Counted from the stretch's first letter, positions 10,473-23,702 are shown. The stretch: 61,460 nt of DNA from an uncultured Clostridia bacterium (GCA_947631265.1 CANRKQ010000001.1:1-61460), one strand, 5' to 3'. Program-made: numbers and translations. The notes: generated from the letters alone by a model not told the origin.

Positions 10473-10835
10473 TTACTGAGTTTTTCTTTTGTTAGACTTA
10501 AACGGCTTATTCATTTCTCTCAATACCCTTTGTTTAATAAACCTTTCTATGTCTGTCGATTTTACAGATATGATGTCAGTTCTTGCAACAAATATGATAT
10601 CAAACCCTATTGGAAAATGCTTTTCTGTATTTCTGTAAGCCGCTCTTATTATTCTTCTTGCTCTGTTTCTCCGAACAGCGTTGCCTATTTTCTTTGAGGT
10701 CGTTATACCAATTCTGTTATAAGGACGTCTGTTCGGTATAAAATATACTGCAATCAGATTATTTGCTGAAAATCTTCCCTTTTTATAGGCTTTTGTAAAA
10801 TCCTTATTTGTCTTGATAATTTCAGTAAACAGCAT
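10473..10835 (-). CDS. rnpA: ribonuclease P protein component
   Basis: Basic RnpA signature (KKIGNAVRRNRARR). Start moved to Met18 (MLFTEIIK). Confidence 0.85.
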   Translation of the reverse strand: MLFTEIIKTNKDFTKAYKKGRFSANNLIAVYFIPNRRPYNRIGITTSKKIGNAVRRNRARRIIRAAYRNTEKHFPIGFDIIFVARTDIISVKSTDIERFIKQRVLREMNKPFKSNKRKTQ

Positions 10836-10927
10836 ATATGACCTCAGATAAACATTTTTTAATAAAAAACAAAAGACCACTTTCAATACCAGTCTAATTC
10901 AAATTAGCAGTATTAGTGGTCAAAGAA

Positions 10928-11062
10928 TTAGTAGCTTAATTTTTTTCTGCCCTTTTGTCTCCTGCGGGATAGAATTTTACGTCCGTTTCTTGTAGACATT
11001 CTTTTTCTAAATCCGTGCTCTTTTTTAGCATGTCTCTTTTTCGGTTGAAAAGTTCTTTTCAT
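10928..11062 (-). CDS. rpmH: 50S ribosomal protein L34
   Basis: Own translation gives [52 protein letters not shown] upstream. Too short for the ORF track. Confidence 0.92.
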   Translation of the reverse strand: MKRTFQPKKRHAKKEHGFRKRMSTRNGRKILSRRRQKGRKKLSY

Positions 11063-11507
11063 CAGCTTTTCCTCCTCCCTCGAGTTATTAATATATATAA
11101 CAACTCTGTTGAAATATTTTATATCAGCTCTTAGAACAAAGCTTTCCGAATTAATATTATAGTATAAACATTAGCGTCTTGTCAAGCAGTTTAAGATATT
11201 TTTACAATTAATTATTATAAAAAGTCATAAACCACAACATATAGTATTTGTTATAATTTTAACATCAATTTTTACAGTCATTTATTAATAATTTTTATAA
11301 ATATTAAAGTTTACATTCCGGCTTTTTATACGCTTAGACGACAATCTTTTGCTTTGGATAATATATACTATTATAATATATACATAATATAAAAAAATTT
11401 CTGAAGAATTTGCTTGTTTTTTTATAAAAAATGTGCTATAATTAATTTAATATTTTTAATGGGTTTTTATGTCCTTGAAACAATAAAATAAAGGAGGTTT
11501 ATTAAAA
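11063..11507. other. oriC, left (rpmH-dnaA) AT-rich module
   Basis: 445 nt of ORF-free, very AT-rich DNA at the rpmH/dnaA divergence point, where gene orientation switches. There is one 8/9 DnaA-box match, TTTGGATAA, at 11353-11361. Other candidate boxes are degenerate. Confidence 0.6.
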
Positions 11508-12869
11508 GTGGATTCTTTTTCGGAAGTTTTTGAAGATGTAAAAAAATACTGTCTTGCTGATCCTAATGTCAGCCAGATAGGTTTTGATAAATGGATCAAG
11601 CCTCTTGAGGCTGACAGACTTGAAAATAAAACTGCATATATATATGCGCAGAGTGAATTTGCTAAACAAACCGTTATGGATTTCTATTACGATCTTATAA
11701 AAAAATCATTTTTTGAGGTTTTGGGCATTGAAGTTGAAGTATGCATATCAAATAAATCTGAAACGATAGACGACAGCCAGCAATTCAATTATGTTATCGA
11801 AAATGAAAAGCATTTAGAGCGTTCTCTTAACGACGGACTTTACGATCTTACCTTTGACAATTTTATCAAAGGCAAGTCCAACGAACTTGCATATGCTTTC
11901 TGTACGGCTGTTGCGGGTATTAACGGGGAATCAGGGATAGGCAACAAAGCCGTATTCAATCCGTTATTTATATACGGCGATTCCGGTCTGGGAAAGACTC
12001 ACCTGCTCAAAGCTATTGAGCACGAGGTAAAGAAAAAAAATCCTGAAAAAAATGTTATGTATGTGACCTGTGAAACATTCGCTAACGAGCTTATAACATC
12101 AATCACAAACAGAGATACCGAATCTTTTCACCAAAAGTACAGAAACGTAGATTTTCTTTTAATGGATGATATTCAATTTCTTTCTAAAAAAGAACAAACT
12201 CAGGAGGAATTTTTCCATACCTTTAACGAGCTTTACAATCACGGAAAACAAATTGTACTTACGTCAGACATATCTCCGACCAAAATTTCAAAGTTAGAGG
12301 ACAGAATCAAAAGCAGATTTGTAAGGGGTGTTCAAGCAGACATTCAGCCTCCTGATTTTGAAACCAGAATGGCAATCATAAAGAGAAAAGCCGAGCTTTT
12401 AAATATAGAAATACCTGATTCAGTTTCGAGATTAATTGCAGAAAAGATAAAAACAAACATAAGACAGCTTGAAGGTGCGGTAAATAAGATAACTGCTCTT
12501 ACTATGTTTTCAAATGAAAAGCCTTCTATAGCGATGGCACAAAAGGTAATAAGAGAAAATCTAATTGAAAATCAGCCTGCTGACATTACCGTTGACAGAA
12601 TTTTAGCTGATGTTTCAGCAGCATTTAACGTAACTCCTGACGATATTCGCTCTCCCAGCAGAAACGCGCCTATATCCTTAGCAAGAAAAATATCAATTTA
12701 CGTTATAAGAGAAGTAAAAGGATTAAGCTACACCGAAATAGGCGACGAATTAAAGCGTGACCATTCCACTATGACTATTAACTACAAAGATGTAAAGAAA
12801 ATGCTTGACTCAAATTCTGATTTAAAAGAAACTGTCAATGATATAATAAAAAATTTAAAAGAAATATAA
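11508..12869 (+). CDS. dnaA: chromosomal replication initiator DnaA
   Basis: GTG start 10 nt after AGGAGG. AAA+ motif GDSGLGKTHL and C-terminal DNA-binding domain. Confidence 0.97.
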   Translation: MDSFSEVFEDVKKYCLADPNVSQIGFDKWIKPLEADRLENKTAYIYAQSEFAKQTVMDFYYDLIKKSFFEVLGIEVEVCISNKSETIDDSQQFNYVIENEKHLERSLNDGLYDLTFDNFIKGKSNELAYAFCTAVAGINGESGIGNKAVFNPLFIYGDSGLGKTHLLKAIEHEVKKKNPEKNVMYVTCETFANELITSITNRDTESFHQKYRNVDFLLMDDIQFLSKKEQTQEEFFHTFNELYNHGKQIVLTSDISPTKISKLEDRIKSRFVRGVQADIQPPDFETRMAIIKRKAELLNIEIPDSVSRLIAEKIKTNIRQLEGAVNKITALTMFSNEKPSIAMAQKVIRENLIENQPADITVDRILADVSAAFNVTPDDIRSPSRNAPISLARKISIYVIREVKGLSYTEIGDELKRDHSTMTINYKDVKKMLDSNSDLKETVNDIIKNLKEI

Positions 12870-13270
12870 TAAAAAAATATATTATATTTTTATTCATTTC
12901 AACATATTTTTCAACAAATAAATTTTTTTATTTTTTCACATTTCAGGTGTTTACAGAAGTTAATTATAAATTATTCAATTGTTCTAACACCGTAAAAAAT
13001 TAATTTTAAACTCAAAATTTTTAAATTCAGAAAAATTTATACTTTTTAAAATATATTTCGTTACTTTTTAAATTTTAACTGTTAAAAGCAGTTTAAAAAT
13101 GTTAATAATATTTGGTAGATGTTAAATTTACTATTTTTTATTGAAATCTTGTTTATAAACAAATTCAGTAGCAGACAGCGTTTAAGCTAGTTTTTATACT
13201 TTTTAACACTCTCTACTACTACTACTATATTATTTATTTTTATTATTTATTTTTTTAAGGAGAATTTTTT
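12870..13270. other. oriC, right (dnaA-dnaN) module with DnaA-trio-like repeat and AT-rich unwinding tract
   Basis: 401 nt, ORF-free and extremely AT-rich. A (TAC)4 repeat is followed by an uninterrupted A/T tract that runs up to the dnaN RBS. Confidence 0.6.
13214..13228 (-). promoter_or_regulatory. DnaA-trio-like element (bottom strand 5'-TAGTAGTAGTAGTA-3')
   Basis: The top strand reads TACTACTACTACTAT, immediately upstream of the tract tattatttatttttattatttattttttt. The layout matches the Bacillus subtilis incC trio/DUE arrangement. Confidence 0.45.
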
Positions 13271-14377
13271 ATGAAATTAATATGTAACAAACAAATATTG
13301 TACGAGGCTGTTATAAACGTATCAAAAGCAGCATCTGATAAATCTGCTATTCCTGCATTGGAAGGAATAAAAATGAAACTTCAAAATAACATATTAGAAC
13401 TTACCGGATATGATTTAGAAATTGGAATAAGAACAGAAATTTCAGTAAAATCAGAAGATATGGGAGAATTTATCGTTAATTCAAGACTTCTTTCTGATAT
13501 TATTAAAAGAATGCCTACTGAGGAAATTCTTATTGAAATTAGTTCTAATATGCAGGTTAAAATATCAGGCGGTGCAACCGAATATACTGTAAGCGCTATG
13601 TCTGCAGAAGAATATCCCGAATTGCCTGAAACAGATAGTGAAGATAAGTTTGCGATATCTCAGGGAATTTTAAAGGATATGATAAGACAAACGATATTTG
13701 CAGTTGCTGTTGTAGATACTAAACCTATTTTAAAAGGAGAGCTTTTTGAAATACAGAACGGCGTATTCAATATGGTATCTCTTGACGGATACAGACTTGC
13801 TGCACGTACGGAAAATATAAATACGTCAAATGATTTTAAATTTGTTGTTCCTTCAAGCGCTTTGAGAGAGGTTATAAAGCTTTTAAACGAAGAAGAAGAT
13901 GAAAATTGTATCGTTTATATATCAAAAAAGCATATTATTTTTGATATATCAGGTTATTTGGTTTATTCAAGGCTTATTGAAGGAGAATTTCACAATTATA
14001 AAGGATCTATACCCAAGACCTGCAATACGGAGGTTATTGTAAATACAAAGGAATTGATTGACTGTCTTGAAAGAGCGTCTCTTTTGATAAATGAAAGGGT
14101 AAAAAGTCCGGTAAGATGCATTTTTGACAACGGGCAGTTGAATCTTTCTTGCTCAACGTCAATAGGAAAAATAAGCGACGAAATGAGTGTTGAGATAACA
14201 GGTCCGATGATTGAAATAGGCTTTAACTGCAAGTTTTTACTTGATCCTTTGAAAACAATTTCAGATGATAAAGTTAAGCTGCAAATGAACGGCGGAAATC
14301 TTCCAATGAAAATTGTTCCTCTTAATTCAAATAATTATACATTCTTAGTATTGCCTGTAAGACTTAAAAGTGAATAA
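13271..14377 (+). CDS. dnaN: DNA polymerase III beta sliding clamp
   Basis: 368 aa with a three-domain clamp pattern, directly after dnaA. Confidence 0.95.
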   Translation: MKLICNKQILYEAVINVSKAASDKSAIPALEGIKMKLQNNILELTGYDLEIGIRTEISVKSEDMGEFIVNSRLLSDIIKRMPTEEILIEISSNMQVKISGGATEYTVSAMSAEEYPELPETDSEDKFAISQGILKDMIRQTIFAVAVVDTKPILKGELFEIQNGVFNMVSLDGYRLAARTENINTSNDFKFVVPSSALREVIKLLNEEEDENCIVYISKKHIIFDISGYLVYSRLIEGEFHNYKGSIPKTCNTEVIVNTKELIDCLERASLLINERVKSPVRCIFDNGQLNLSCSTSIGKISDEMSVEITGPMIEIGFNCKFLLDPLKTISDDKVKLQMNGGNLPMKIVPLNSNNYTFLVLPVRLKSE

Positions 14378-14397
14378 ATGAAAAGCTGAGATTTAAT

Positions 14398-14616
14398 ATG
14401 AAAAAAGAAAAAATTGAGATTAAAACTGAATTTATAAAGCTTGATTCACTTCTTAAATATGCGGGAGTTGTTGAAACAGGCGGAGTTGCAAAAGAAATAA
14501 TTAAAGACGGATATGTAAAATTTAACGGTGAGATTTGCACTATGAGAGGTAAAAAGGTTCGTGCCGGAGATACTGTTACAATTGACGAGTTAAATATGGA
14601 GATTGAAATTATATAA
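14398..14616 (+). CDS. yaaA: S4-domain RNA-binding protein YaaA
   Basis: 72 aa with an S4 fold, at the conserved dnaN-yaaA-recF position. Confidence 0.8.
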   Translation: MKKEKIEIKTEFIKLDSLLKYAGVVETGGVAKEIIKDGYVKFNGEICTMRGKKVRAGDTVTIDELNMEIEII

Positions 14617-14620
14617 ATTT

Positions 14621-15742
14621 ATGTTTATATCTAATTTAAAAATTGATAGGTTTAAAAATTTATCTTCTGTGGATATTGATACAGATAAAAATGTCAACAT
14701 TATCTGCGGAGATAATGCGCAGGGTAAAACAAATTTAATAGAAGCGATATGGCTTTGCAGCGGACTTAAAAGCTTTAGAAACTCTAAGGATAAAGATTTG
14801 ATTAATTTAGACAGCCAAGGCTTTAATATTGAAGTATTATTTGAAAACAGTTTTAGAAAGCAAAAAATTGAATTTAAGATGTCAAGGCTTAATTTAAAGG
14901 ATAAATACATTAAATTAAATGGAGTCTCGCTTAGAAATCTATCTGATTTGTTCGGAAACTTGTGCTGTGTAATATTTACTCCGGAGGATTTGTTTATCGC
15001 AAAAGGATTTCCTGTATACAGAAGAAAATTCTTAGATATCTGCATTTCGCAGATTAAAACTTCGTATAGAAGGGTTTTAAGTCAGTATGATGAAATTCTT
15101 ACTCAGCGTAACTTTCTTTTAAAGAATATAAGTCTGGGAAAATCAGCTGAGTCTGAACTTGACGTTTGGGATGAACAGATGTCAAGGCTTGGTTCATATA
15201 TTTCAGTTATAAGATATGCTTATACAAAAAAATTAAACATCTTTGCAAAAAAATTATATAATGAGATCTCTAAAGAAAAGGAAAAGCTTAATATATTTTA
15301 TAATTCTTCGGTTTTTGAAAGTTTGGAAAACAGAAGTGATTATAACGGCGAAATGGCAAATGAATATCTTTCAGAACTGAAGAAAACAAGGCAAGAGGAT
15401 ATAAAGTCAGGCTTTACTGCGATAGGCGTTCAAAGAGATGATTTGATTACCGAAATAAACGGTCTTAATTGCCGCGAGTTTGGTTCTCAGGGACAGTGCA
15501 GATCGGTGGCTCTGGTTTTTAAAATAGCTCAGGCGTATATTTTGTATGAGGAAACAAAAGAGGCTCCCTGTATTTTGCTTGACGATGTTTTGTCTGAGCT
15601 TGACTCTAAACGGCAGGAGTTTGTATTATCAAGAATTTCAGATATGCAGGTTTTTATTACTTGCTGCGAGGATATAAAATTAAACGGCGGTAAAGGTAAA
15701 ACCTTTTATATAAAAAGCGGGAGAATCATAAAAAGTCATTAA
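14621..15742 (+). CDS. recF: DNA replication and repair protein RecF
   Basis: Walker A GDNAQGKTNLIEA and signature LLDDVLSELD. ATG 14621 is preferred (MFISNLKIDRFKNL). A TTG at 14603 is possible. Confidence 0.9.
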   Translation: MFISNLKIDRFKNLSSVDIDTDKNVNIICGDNAQGKTNLIEAIWLCSGLKSFRNSKDKDLINLDSQGFNIEVLFENSFRKQKIEFKMSRLNLKDKYIKLNGVSLRNLSDLFGNLCCVIFTPEDLFIAKGFPVYRRKFLDICISQIKTSYRRVLSQYDEILTQRNFLLKNISLGKSAESELDVWDEQMSRLGSYISVIRYAYTKKLNIFAKKLYNEISKEKEKLNIFYNSSVFESLENRSDYNGEMANEYLSELKKTRQEDIKSGFTAIGVQRDDLITEINGLNCREFGSQGQCRSVALVFKIAQAYILYEETKEAPCILLDDVLSELDSKRQEFVLSRISDMQVFITCCEDIKLNGGKGKTFYIKSGRIIKSH

Positions 15743-15773
15743 CTAAATCTGTCTAAAAGCAGAAAGGAAATTT

Positions 15774-18070
<2,297 letters not shown>

Positions 18071-18128
18071 TCAGGTTAGATTTAAAACTTATTTATAAAT
18101 CAGACTTTAAATCAAGAAACATTAATAT

Positions 18129-18163
18129 AGGAGGATTGCTCATTACCGAGCATAGTTATAAAT
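18129..18163 (+). promoter_or_regulatory. conserved SD-hairpin-start leader (copy 1): AGGAGGA-T-TGCTC-attacc-GAGCA-N11-ATG
   Basis: Read directly from the sequence. The same architecture occurs at 47545 (+) and at 54110-54077 (-). Confidence 0.55.
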
Positions 18164-18847
18164 ATGAGCAAGGAAATTAAAAAAGATACTTCTTCTGTAA
18201 ATTCACAGCTGGAAGAACTTAAATCGCAAACGGTTGAACAAATCAACGAATCGTTTGAAGAGGTGAATCCAAAGTTAACTTTGGCGTACAATATAAAAAA
18301 TACCGAGGAGGAAGAGGCTTTTATCACCTTTCAAAAAAGATTTGTAGTTAAGTCGAGCATTTTGAAAACTGTCGCTTTTGGAATTTTAGCAATTATGTTT
18401 ATCTATCAAATCATCAAAGCTCCGGACAATTTTGCATCATGGCTTTGCTTTGTAGTATGTATAGCGGTAATATTTATCGTCTGGTATAATCCGGTCAAAA
18501 TAAGAAAAACGCTTATGGAATCATTAAAACCGCTGGAGGACGACAGGTATATTTTCAAGCTGTATGAAAATAAATTTTCAATTGAAACTGTAATTCCGCA
18601 GGAGGAGATAGACCAAGCGATTAAAGACGGCGAAGAGCCTGAAAAAATTCCGCCCAGAGTTGTAAGCTTTAGCGATACAGGGCTTTCTGTTTTGGAAAAA
18701 GAGAATATGTTTGTGATCTTTTTAAAAAAAGAATCAATATATGTTCTGCCGAAAAGATGTATGACAGAATCTGAAATTAAGGAGCTTTCGTTAGTATTTG
18801 AACAAAAGCTTGGTGATGATTTTGAAAAAGAATCAGATCAGTCATAA
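18164..18847 (+). CDS. membrane protein with YcxB-like C-terminal domain
   Basis: Acidic N-terminus, two TM helices (ILAIMFIYQII, WLCFVVCIAVIFIVW), then a YcxB-like tail. The function is unknown. Confidence 0.5.
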   Translation: MSKEIKKDTSSVNSQLEELKSQTVEQINESFEEVNPKLTLAYNIKNTEEEEAFITFQKRFVVKSSILKTVAFGILAIMFIYQIIKAPDNFASWLCFVVCIAVIFIVWYNPVKIRKTLMESLKPLEDDRYIFKLYENKFSIETVIPQEEIDQAIKDGEEPEKIPPRVVSFSDTGLSVLEKENMFVIFLKKESIYVLPKRCMTESEIKELSLVFEQKLGDDFEKESDQS

Positions 18848-18897
18848 AATTGATAAAATGAGAATTAAATACCTTATTATGAAATGAGTGTGATATT

Positions 18898-21534
18898 GTG
18901 TCAGAAAGCGAAATTCAAGAAAAGTCTTTAGCTGACGGCGGAAATACGGATAATAAATTAATTGTCAAAGATATAGAAACGGAAATGAAAAGCTCGTTTA
19001 TACAATATTCTATGGCAGTTATTGTTTCCCGTGCGTTACCTGATGTTCGTGACGGGTTAAAGCCGGTTCACAGAAGAATATTGTATACTTTACATGAAAA
19101 CGGTATAACTCCCGACAAGGCGTACAGAAAATGTGCGGATACGGTAGGCTCGGTTTTGGGAAGATACCACCCTCATGGCGACGCATCTGTCTATGACGCG
19201 CTTGTGCGTATGGCTCAAAGCTTTTCACTTCGTTATCCTTTGGTAGACGGTCACGGAAACTTTGGCTCGGTAGACGGAGACCCCCCTGCCGCTTATCGTT
19301 ATACCGAGGCAAAAATGTCAAAGATTTCTGTTCATATGCTTACGGACATTAACAAGGAAACAGTACCGTTTATGCCCAATTACGACGACAGACTTAAAGA
19401 GCCTGAGGTTTTGCCAAGCCGTTTTCCTCAGCTTTTGGTAAACGGCTCGACAGGTATTGCTGTAGGTATGGCGACAAACATTCCTCCTCACAATTTAAAC
19501 GAGGTTGTTGACGCTTTAAGTCTTCTTGTTGAAAACCCCGATTGCACTCTTGACGAGCTTATGGATTGTATTAAAGGTCCTGATTTCCCGACAGGCGGAA
19601 TAATTATGGGCAGGGCGGGAATTCGTGCCGCTTATGCTACAGGACGGGGTAAAATTATTCTAAGGGCTAAAACTTCTATAGAAGAAATTAAGGGAAGAAA
19701 CTGTATACTGGTACATGAGATTCCTTATATGGTGAATAAATCAAGGCTTTTAGAAAGCATCGCAAATCTTGTTAAGGACAAGAGAATTGACGGTATACAC
19801 GATCTGCGCGACGAATCAGACAGAAACGGAATGAGAATTGTCGTTGAGCTTAAAAAAGACGCAATTCCTCAAGTGGTTTTAAACAAGCTGTTTTCGTACA
19901 CTCAGCTCCAGGATACGGTAGGCGCAATAATGCTTGCCCTTGTTGACGGAGTTCCAAAAATACTTACTTTAAAAGAGATGCTTGAGCATTATCTCGACTT
20001 TCAGGTTGAGGTAATCGAAAAGAGAACCCGATATGATTTGAGAAAAGCAAAGGACAGAGCGCACATTCTTCAGGGATATTGCCTTGCAATAGATAATATC
20101 GACGAGGTTATCAATATTCTTCGCTCTTCAAAGACAATTCAGGAGGGCAAACAAAGGCTCTTAGAACGCTTTAAAAACGAGGATATGGCTATAATTTTGG
20201 GAGATACCGAGCTTACGGAGCATACAAAGGGTCTGACCGAAATACAAGCTGATGAAATCGTTAAAATGCGCTTAGGACAGCTGACAGGATTGGAAAGACA
20301 GAAGATAGTTGACGAGTTCAATGCTTTAAAAGAGAAGATAGCAGACTTAGAGGATATACTTTCAGACCATAACAGAGTTCTTCATATAATACTCGACGAA
20401 GTAAATGAGATCAAAAACAAATACGGCGACGAAAGAAGAACGCTGATTGAAAATGTCAGCGGAGAGGTTGATATAGAGGATCTTATACCTGTTGAGGATA
20501 ATGTTGTTACGCTTACACACAACGGATATATAAAGAGAATGCCTGTATCTGTATACAAGGCGCAGCACCGCGGAGGGCGCGGTGTTTCGGGAATGAAACA
20601 ACGAGAAGACGATGTTGTCTCGGAAATGTTTATCTGCTCTACCCACGACCACGTTTTGTTTATTACAAATAAGGGTATAATGTACAAGCTTAAATGCTAT
20701 GAAATTCCCGAGGGGTCAAAGGCATCGAGAGGTATAAATATAGTAAATCTACTGACTCTTTCAGAGGGTGAGTACATTGCCCAGATGATAAAAACCAAGG
20801 ATTTTGACGAGGGCAAGTACATCATAATGGTCACCAAGAACGGCAGAATAAAGAGAACTGCACTTTCTCAATACAGAAACGTCAGAAAGAACGGTCTTAT
20901 TGCCATTGGAATTGACGACGGTGACGAGATTATGGGCGTGAGAATGACAGATGGTTCAGATGAGGTTATGGTGGCAACACACGAGGGTAAGTGTATCAGA
21001 ATCAATGAAGGTCAAATGCGTCCAATGTCAAGAACTGCACATGGGGTACGAGCTATAAAACTTCGTCAAGGAGATTATGTTGTATCTATGGCAAAAATTC
21101 GCGAAGGGGCAACTGTTCTAACTGTTTCGGACAAGGGGCTTGGCAGGCGTACAAGCTTAGATTCTTACAGAATTCAAAATCGAGGCGGCTACGGAATGCT
21201 CAATTATAAGGTTTCCGATAAAAAGGGATATGTGTGCGGAATTAAGGTTGTAGATGATGATGATGATATTATTATGATTTCCAGCGACGGAGTAGTTATA
21301 AGGATTAGGGCAAACGACATAAGATTAATGGGTAGATACGCAACAGGAGTAAGGCTTATGAAACTAAAGGAGGACACTCACGTTGTTACATTTACCCGTG
21401 CCGAGCATGATGATTCGGCTGAGATAGCTGAGGTTGAACAGCCAAGCCAAGAGGATTTGAATGTTCAAGAGCAAGAGGCAAAAGAGGCAGAGCAAAACGA
21501 GGTCGCTGAACCGGAGGATAACTCTGGAGATTAA
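18898..21534 (+). CDS. gyrA: DNA gyrase subunit A
   Basis: Motifs [16 protein letters not shown] and AAYRYTEAK (active-site Tyr), a beta-pinwheel C-terminal domain and an acidic tail. Confidence 0.95.
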   Translation: MSESEIQEKSLADGGNTDNKLIVKDIETEMKSSFIQYSMAVIVSRALPDVRDGLKPVHRRILYTLHENGITPDKAYRKCADTVGSVLGRYHPHGDASVYDALVRMAQSFSLRYPLVDGHGNFGSVDGDPPAAYRYTEAKMSKISVHMLTDINKETVPFMPNYDDRLKEPEVLPSRFPQLLVNGSTGIAVGMATNIPPHNLNEVVDALSLLVENPDCTLDELMDCIKGPDFPTGGIIMGRAGIRAAYATGRGKIILRAKTSIEEIKGRNCILVHEIPYMVNKSRLLESIANLVKDKRIDGIHDLRDESDRNGMRIVVELKKDAIPQVVLNKLFSYTQLQDTVGAIMLALVDGVPKILTLKEMLEHYLDFQVEVIEKRTRYDLRKAKDRAHILQGYCLAIDNIDEVINILRSSKTIQEGKQRLLERFKNEDMAIILGDTELTEHTKGLTEIQADEIVKMRLGQLTGLERQKIVDEFNALKEKIADLEDILSDHNRVLHIILDEVNEIKNKYGDERRTLIENVSGEVDIEDLIPVEDNVVTLTHNGYIKRMPVSVYKAQHRGGRGVSGMKQREDDVVSEMFICSTHDHVLFITNKGIMYKLKCYEIPEGSKASRGINIVNLLTLSEGEYIAQMIKTKDFDEGKYIIMVTKNGRIKRTALSQYRNVRKNGLIAIGIDDGDEIMGVRMTDGSDEVMVATHEGKCIRINEGQMRPMSRTAHGVRAIKLRQGDYVVSMAKIREGATVLTVSDKGLGRRTSLDSYRIQNRGGYGMLNYKVSDKKGYVCGIKVVDDDDDIIMISSDGVVIRIRANDIRLMGRYATGVRLMKLKEDTHVVTFTRAEHDDSAEIAEVEQPSQEDLNVQEQEAKEAEQNEVAEPEDNSGD

Positions 21535-21560
21535 GTGAAAATATTGATACTGGATAAAGA

Positions 21561-21587
21561 CTGTCGAAATTTTTTCGGCAGTTTTTA
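21561..21587 (+). terminator. intrinsic terminator after gyrA
   Basis: ctgtcgaaa-ttt-tttcggcag stem (9 bp, one G-U pair) followed by TTTTT. Confidence 0.7.
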
Positions 21588-21829
21588 TATTATGTATCTC
21601 AATCTGTTGTAAACAAGTATTTGTGACATTTCATAAATTTTTGGAATAATAATTGTATAAAGTGGATAGTTTTTTTAAAATTGGCAAATTTTTTATAGAC
21701 TTTTCATTAAGCATATGATACAATGTTTATTAGTAAGTGTTATATACTTTTGTCAGTTATTTATAAAAGCTTTATGGCAGAGTTTATAACTTACTTATTT
21801 AAAAATTTATCAAGATGGAGGAAAAGTTT

Positions 21830-22510
21830 ATGAACATCAAAAAATACGTTGCCGAGTTGATAGGAACAGCAGTTTTAGTTTTTTTCGGATGCGGAACAGC
21901 AGCATTTTCCGGAGTGAATTTGGTTGCCACAGCCGCAGCATTCGGAGTAACCATTATAGTAATGGCATACACTATCGGAAAGGTGTCAGGTTGTCATATT
22001 AATCCGGCAGTATCTGTTGCTATGTTCCTTGACGGAAAAATGACCTTAACAGATTTTATTGGTTATATAATTGCACAGTTTATCGGCGCAATTGTTGGAA
22101 CTCTGGGTATTGTTCTTTTATGGAGCACTACAAAGCAGGGCTTTGAGGCAGGTGTAACATCTGTCGGAGCTAACGGAGGAGATGCGTTTAACTGGTTTGG
22201 TATGTTTGTTGCTGAGGTAATTCTTACTTTTATATTTATTCTTGTTGTAATTGCAGTAACTGAGAATAAAAAGACTGCTCCTAATGCCGGCATTTTCATT
22301 GGCATTGCATTGTTCTTTGTTCATATCTTAGGAATTAATATCACAGGAACTTCGGTAAATCCTGCAAGGAGCTTTGGACCCGCTTTGTTCGGCGGAACAG
22401 ACGCATTAAAAGACCTTTGGATCTTTATAGTAGCTCCTATTGTTGGCGCAATAATAGCTGTAATTGTAAACAAGGCTCTTATAAGAAAAGATAATACAGC
22501 AGAAGAATAA
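21830..22510 (+). CDS. aqpZ: aquaporin (MIP family channel)
   Basis: Two NPA boxes (HINPAVS, SVNPARS). Start set at Met6, after a GGAGG RBS. Confidence 0.9.
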   Translation: MNIKKYVAELIGTAVLVFFGCGTAAFSGVNLVATAAAFGVTIIVMAYTIGKVSGCHINPAVSVAMFLDGKMTLTDFIGYIIAQFIGAIVGTLGIVLLWSTTKQGFEAGVTSVGANGGDAFNWFGMFVAEVILTFIFILVVIAVTENKKTAPNAGIFIGIALFFVHILGINITGTSVNPARSFGPALFGGTDALKDLWIFIVAPIVGAIIAVIVNKALIRKDNTAEE

Positions 22511-22534
22511 TTTATTTCTAGAATAATGTAAAGA

Positions 22535-22564
22535 AAAGGCGGGGAAACTTCCCCGCCTTTTTGT
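22535..22564. terminator. bidirectional terminator between aqpZ and gpr
   Basis: aaaggcgggg-aaactt-ccccgccttt, flanked by A and T runs. Confidence 0.8.
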
Positions 22565-22579
22565 GCATTAATTTATCGG

Positions 22580-23443
22580 TTATTCAACAAGAGAGGTAAT
22601 ATCTTCAATTGACAGACTAGGCTGAAATGCACGGTTTATGCCCATTGCAATAAGTCTCGAAACTCTCATTATAAGCCTGTCTATAGAACGCGGAGTGACC
22701 ATCATATTATTCATTTCTTTTTTTGGCGAGGGAGTTTCAAAAACGTACTCTGATATTGTTTGCATATCTACAACGGTGGGAACTCCTATTGCAATGACTT
22801 TAGTACCCAGAGTTTTTTCTGACAGCTCTTTTCTTGTGTTTTCCACTCCGCTCCCGGGAGATATTCCAGTATCGCAGAGCTGTATGGTCGTACCCAGGTT
22901 TTCCACCTCTGAACAGGCAAGAGCGTCAATAACAATAACCGCAGACGGTTTTATAAGCTCGCAAACAGCGCGAACAGTTTCGCCTGATTCTATTCCTGTA
23001 TCGCCCAAAACACCTGTCTTTATTACGGAAACGGTTGATAGGTCTGAAGTGTCAACGTCTTGTGCAAGCTGTTTTATGTGGCGCGTTGCAAAGGTCTGAT
23101 CTGCAACGTCTGGACCAAGACTGTCGGGTGTGATGCTCTTATTTCCAAGACCAATTACAAGAATATTTTCTTTGCTCTGACATAGCTTGTTTATCTCCTC
23201 TGCAAGAATGTCTACACGTTCGTTAAAATTATCTGGGTGGTTTTCAAGAGGAAGTTCGCTTTGTATCGTTACATATTTACCTTTGGGTTTTCCAAGATTT
23301 TCGGCGGCAGCATCGGTTTCTACTGTAATTTCCGATATTTTTAAGTCTGCCTTTTGATATTCATTTTTCACAATTCCCTCAAGGGGCGTTGTTCTTGAAA
23401 GCTGCTGTGCGGCTTCAAGCGCAAGATCGGTACGAATTCCCAT
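22580..23443 (-). CDS. gpr: germination protease (GPR endopeptidase, peptidase A25)
   Basis: Motifs IRTDLALEA and VIGLGNKSITPDSLGP are characteristic of spore protease Gpr. Confidence 0.8.
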   Translation of the reverse strand: MGIRTDLALEAAQQLSRTTPLEGIVKNEYQKADLKISEITVETDAAAENLGKPKGKYVTIQSELPLENHPDNFNERVDILAEEINKLCQSKENILVIGLGNKSITPDSLGPDVADQTFATRHIKQLAQDVDTSDLSTVSVIKTGVLGDTGIESGETVRAVCELIKPSAVIVIDALACSEVENLGTTIQLCDTGISPGSGVENTRKELSEKTLGTKVIAIGVPTVVDMQTISEYVFETPSPKKEMNNMMVTPRSIDRLIMRVSRLIAMGINRAFQPSLSIEDITSLVE

Positions 23444-23702
23444 AAAATTACTCCTTCCTTTTCAGAGAGGTTGTTTGTTGTGCAATTACACATATTTTAG
23501 CTTTAGTTGGTGTTTAAGTCTGTTTAATACTGATTGTGAAAAAAATTCCGAAAAATACTTGCAATTTTATTTTTAATATGTTATTATATCACTTGAGACT
23601 TGTTTTATAAAGCAATTGCATTTTCCTCTCAGTCATGCAATTAGCTTGTGCAGATAAGTGCAAAATATTACAAGTATTCTAGCTTTTAGAGGAGGTGTGA
23701 AA

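Noticed and set aside
11063-11507. Attempt to enumerate individual DnaA boxes in oriC.
   Set aside because: Only one 8/9 match was found by eye. The other candidates (TAAACCACA, TTTTTCACA, TGTTTATAA) have two or more mismatches, so I do not report them as sites.
14598-14623. A possible fourth SD-hairpin-start element before recF (GGAGA-ttg-AAATT-atata-AATTT-ATG).
   Set aside because: The stem is 5 bp of A-T pairs only and shares no sequence with the TGCTC/GAGCA family. It cannot be distinguished from chance in AT-rich DNA.
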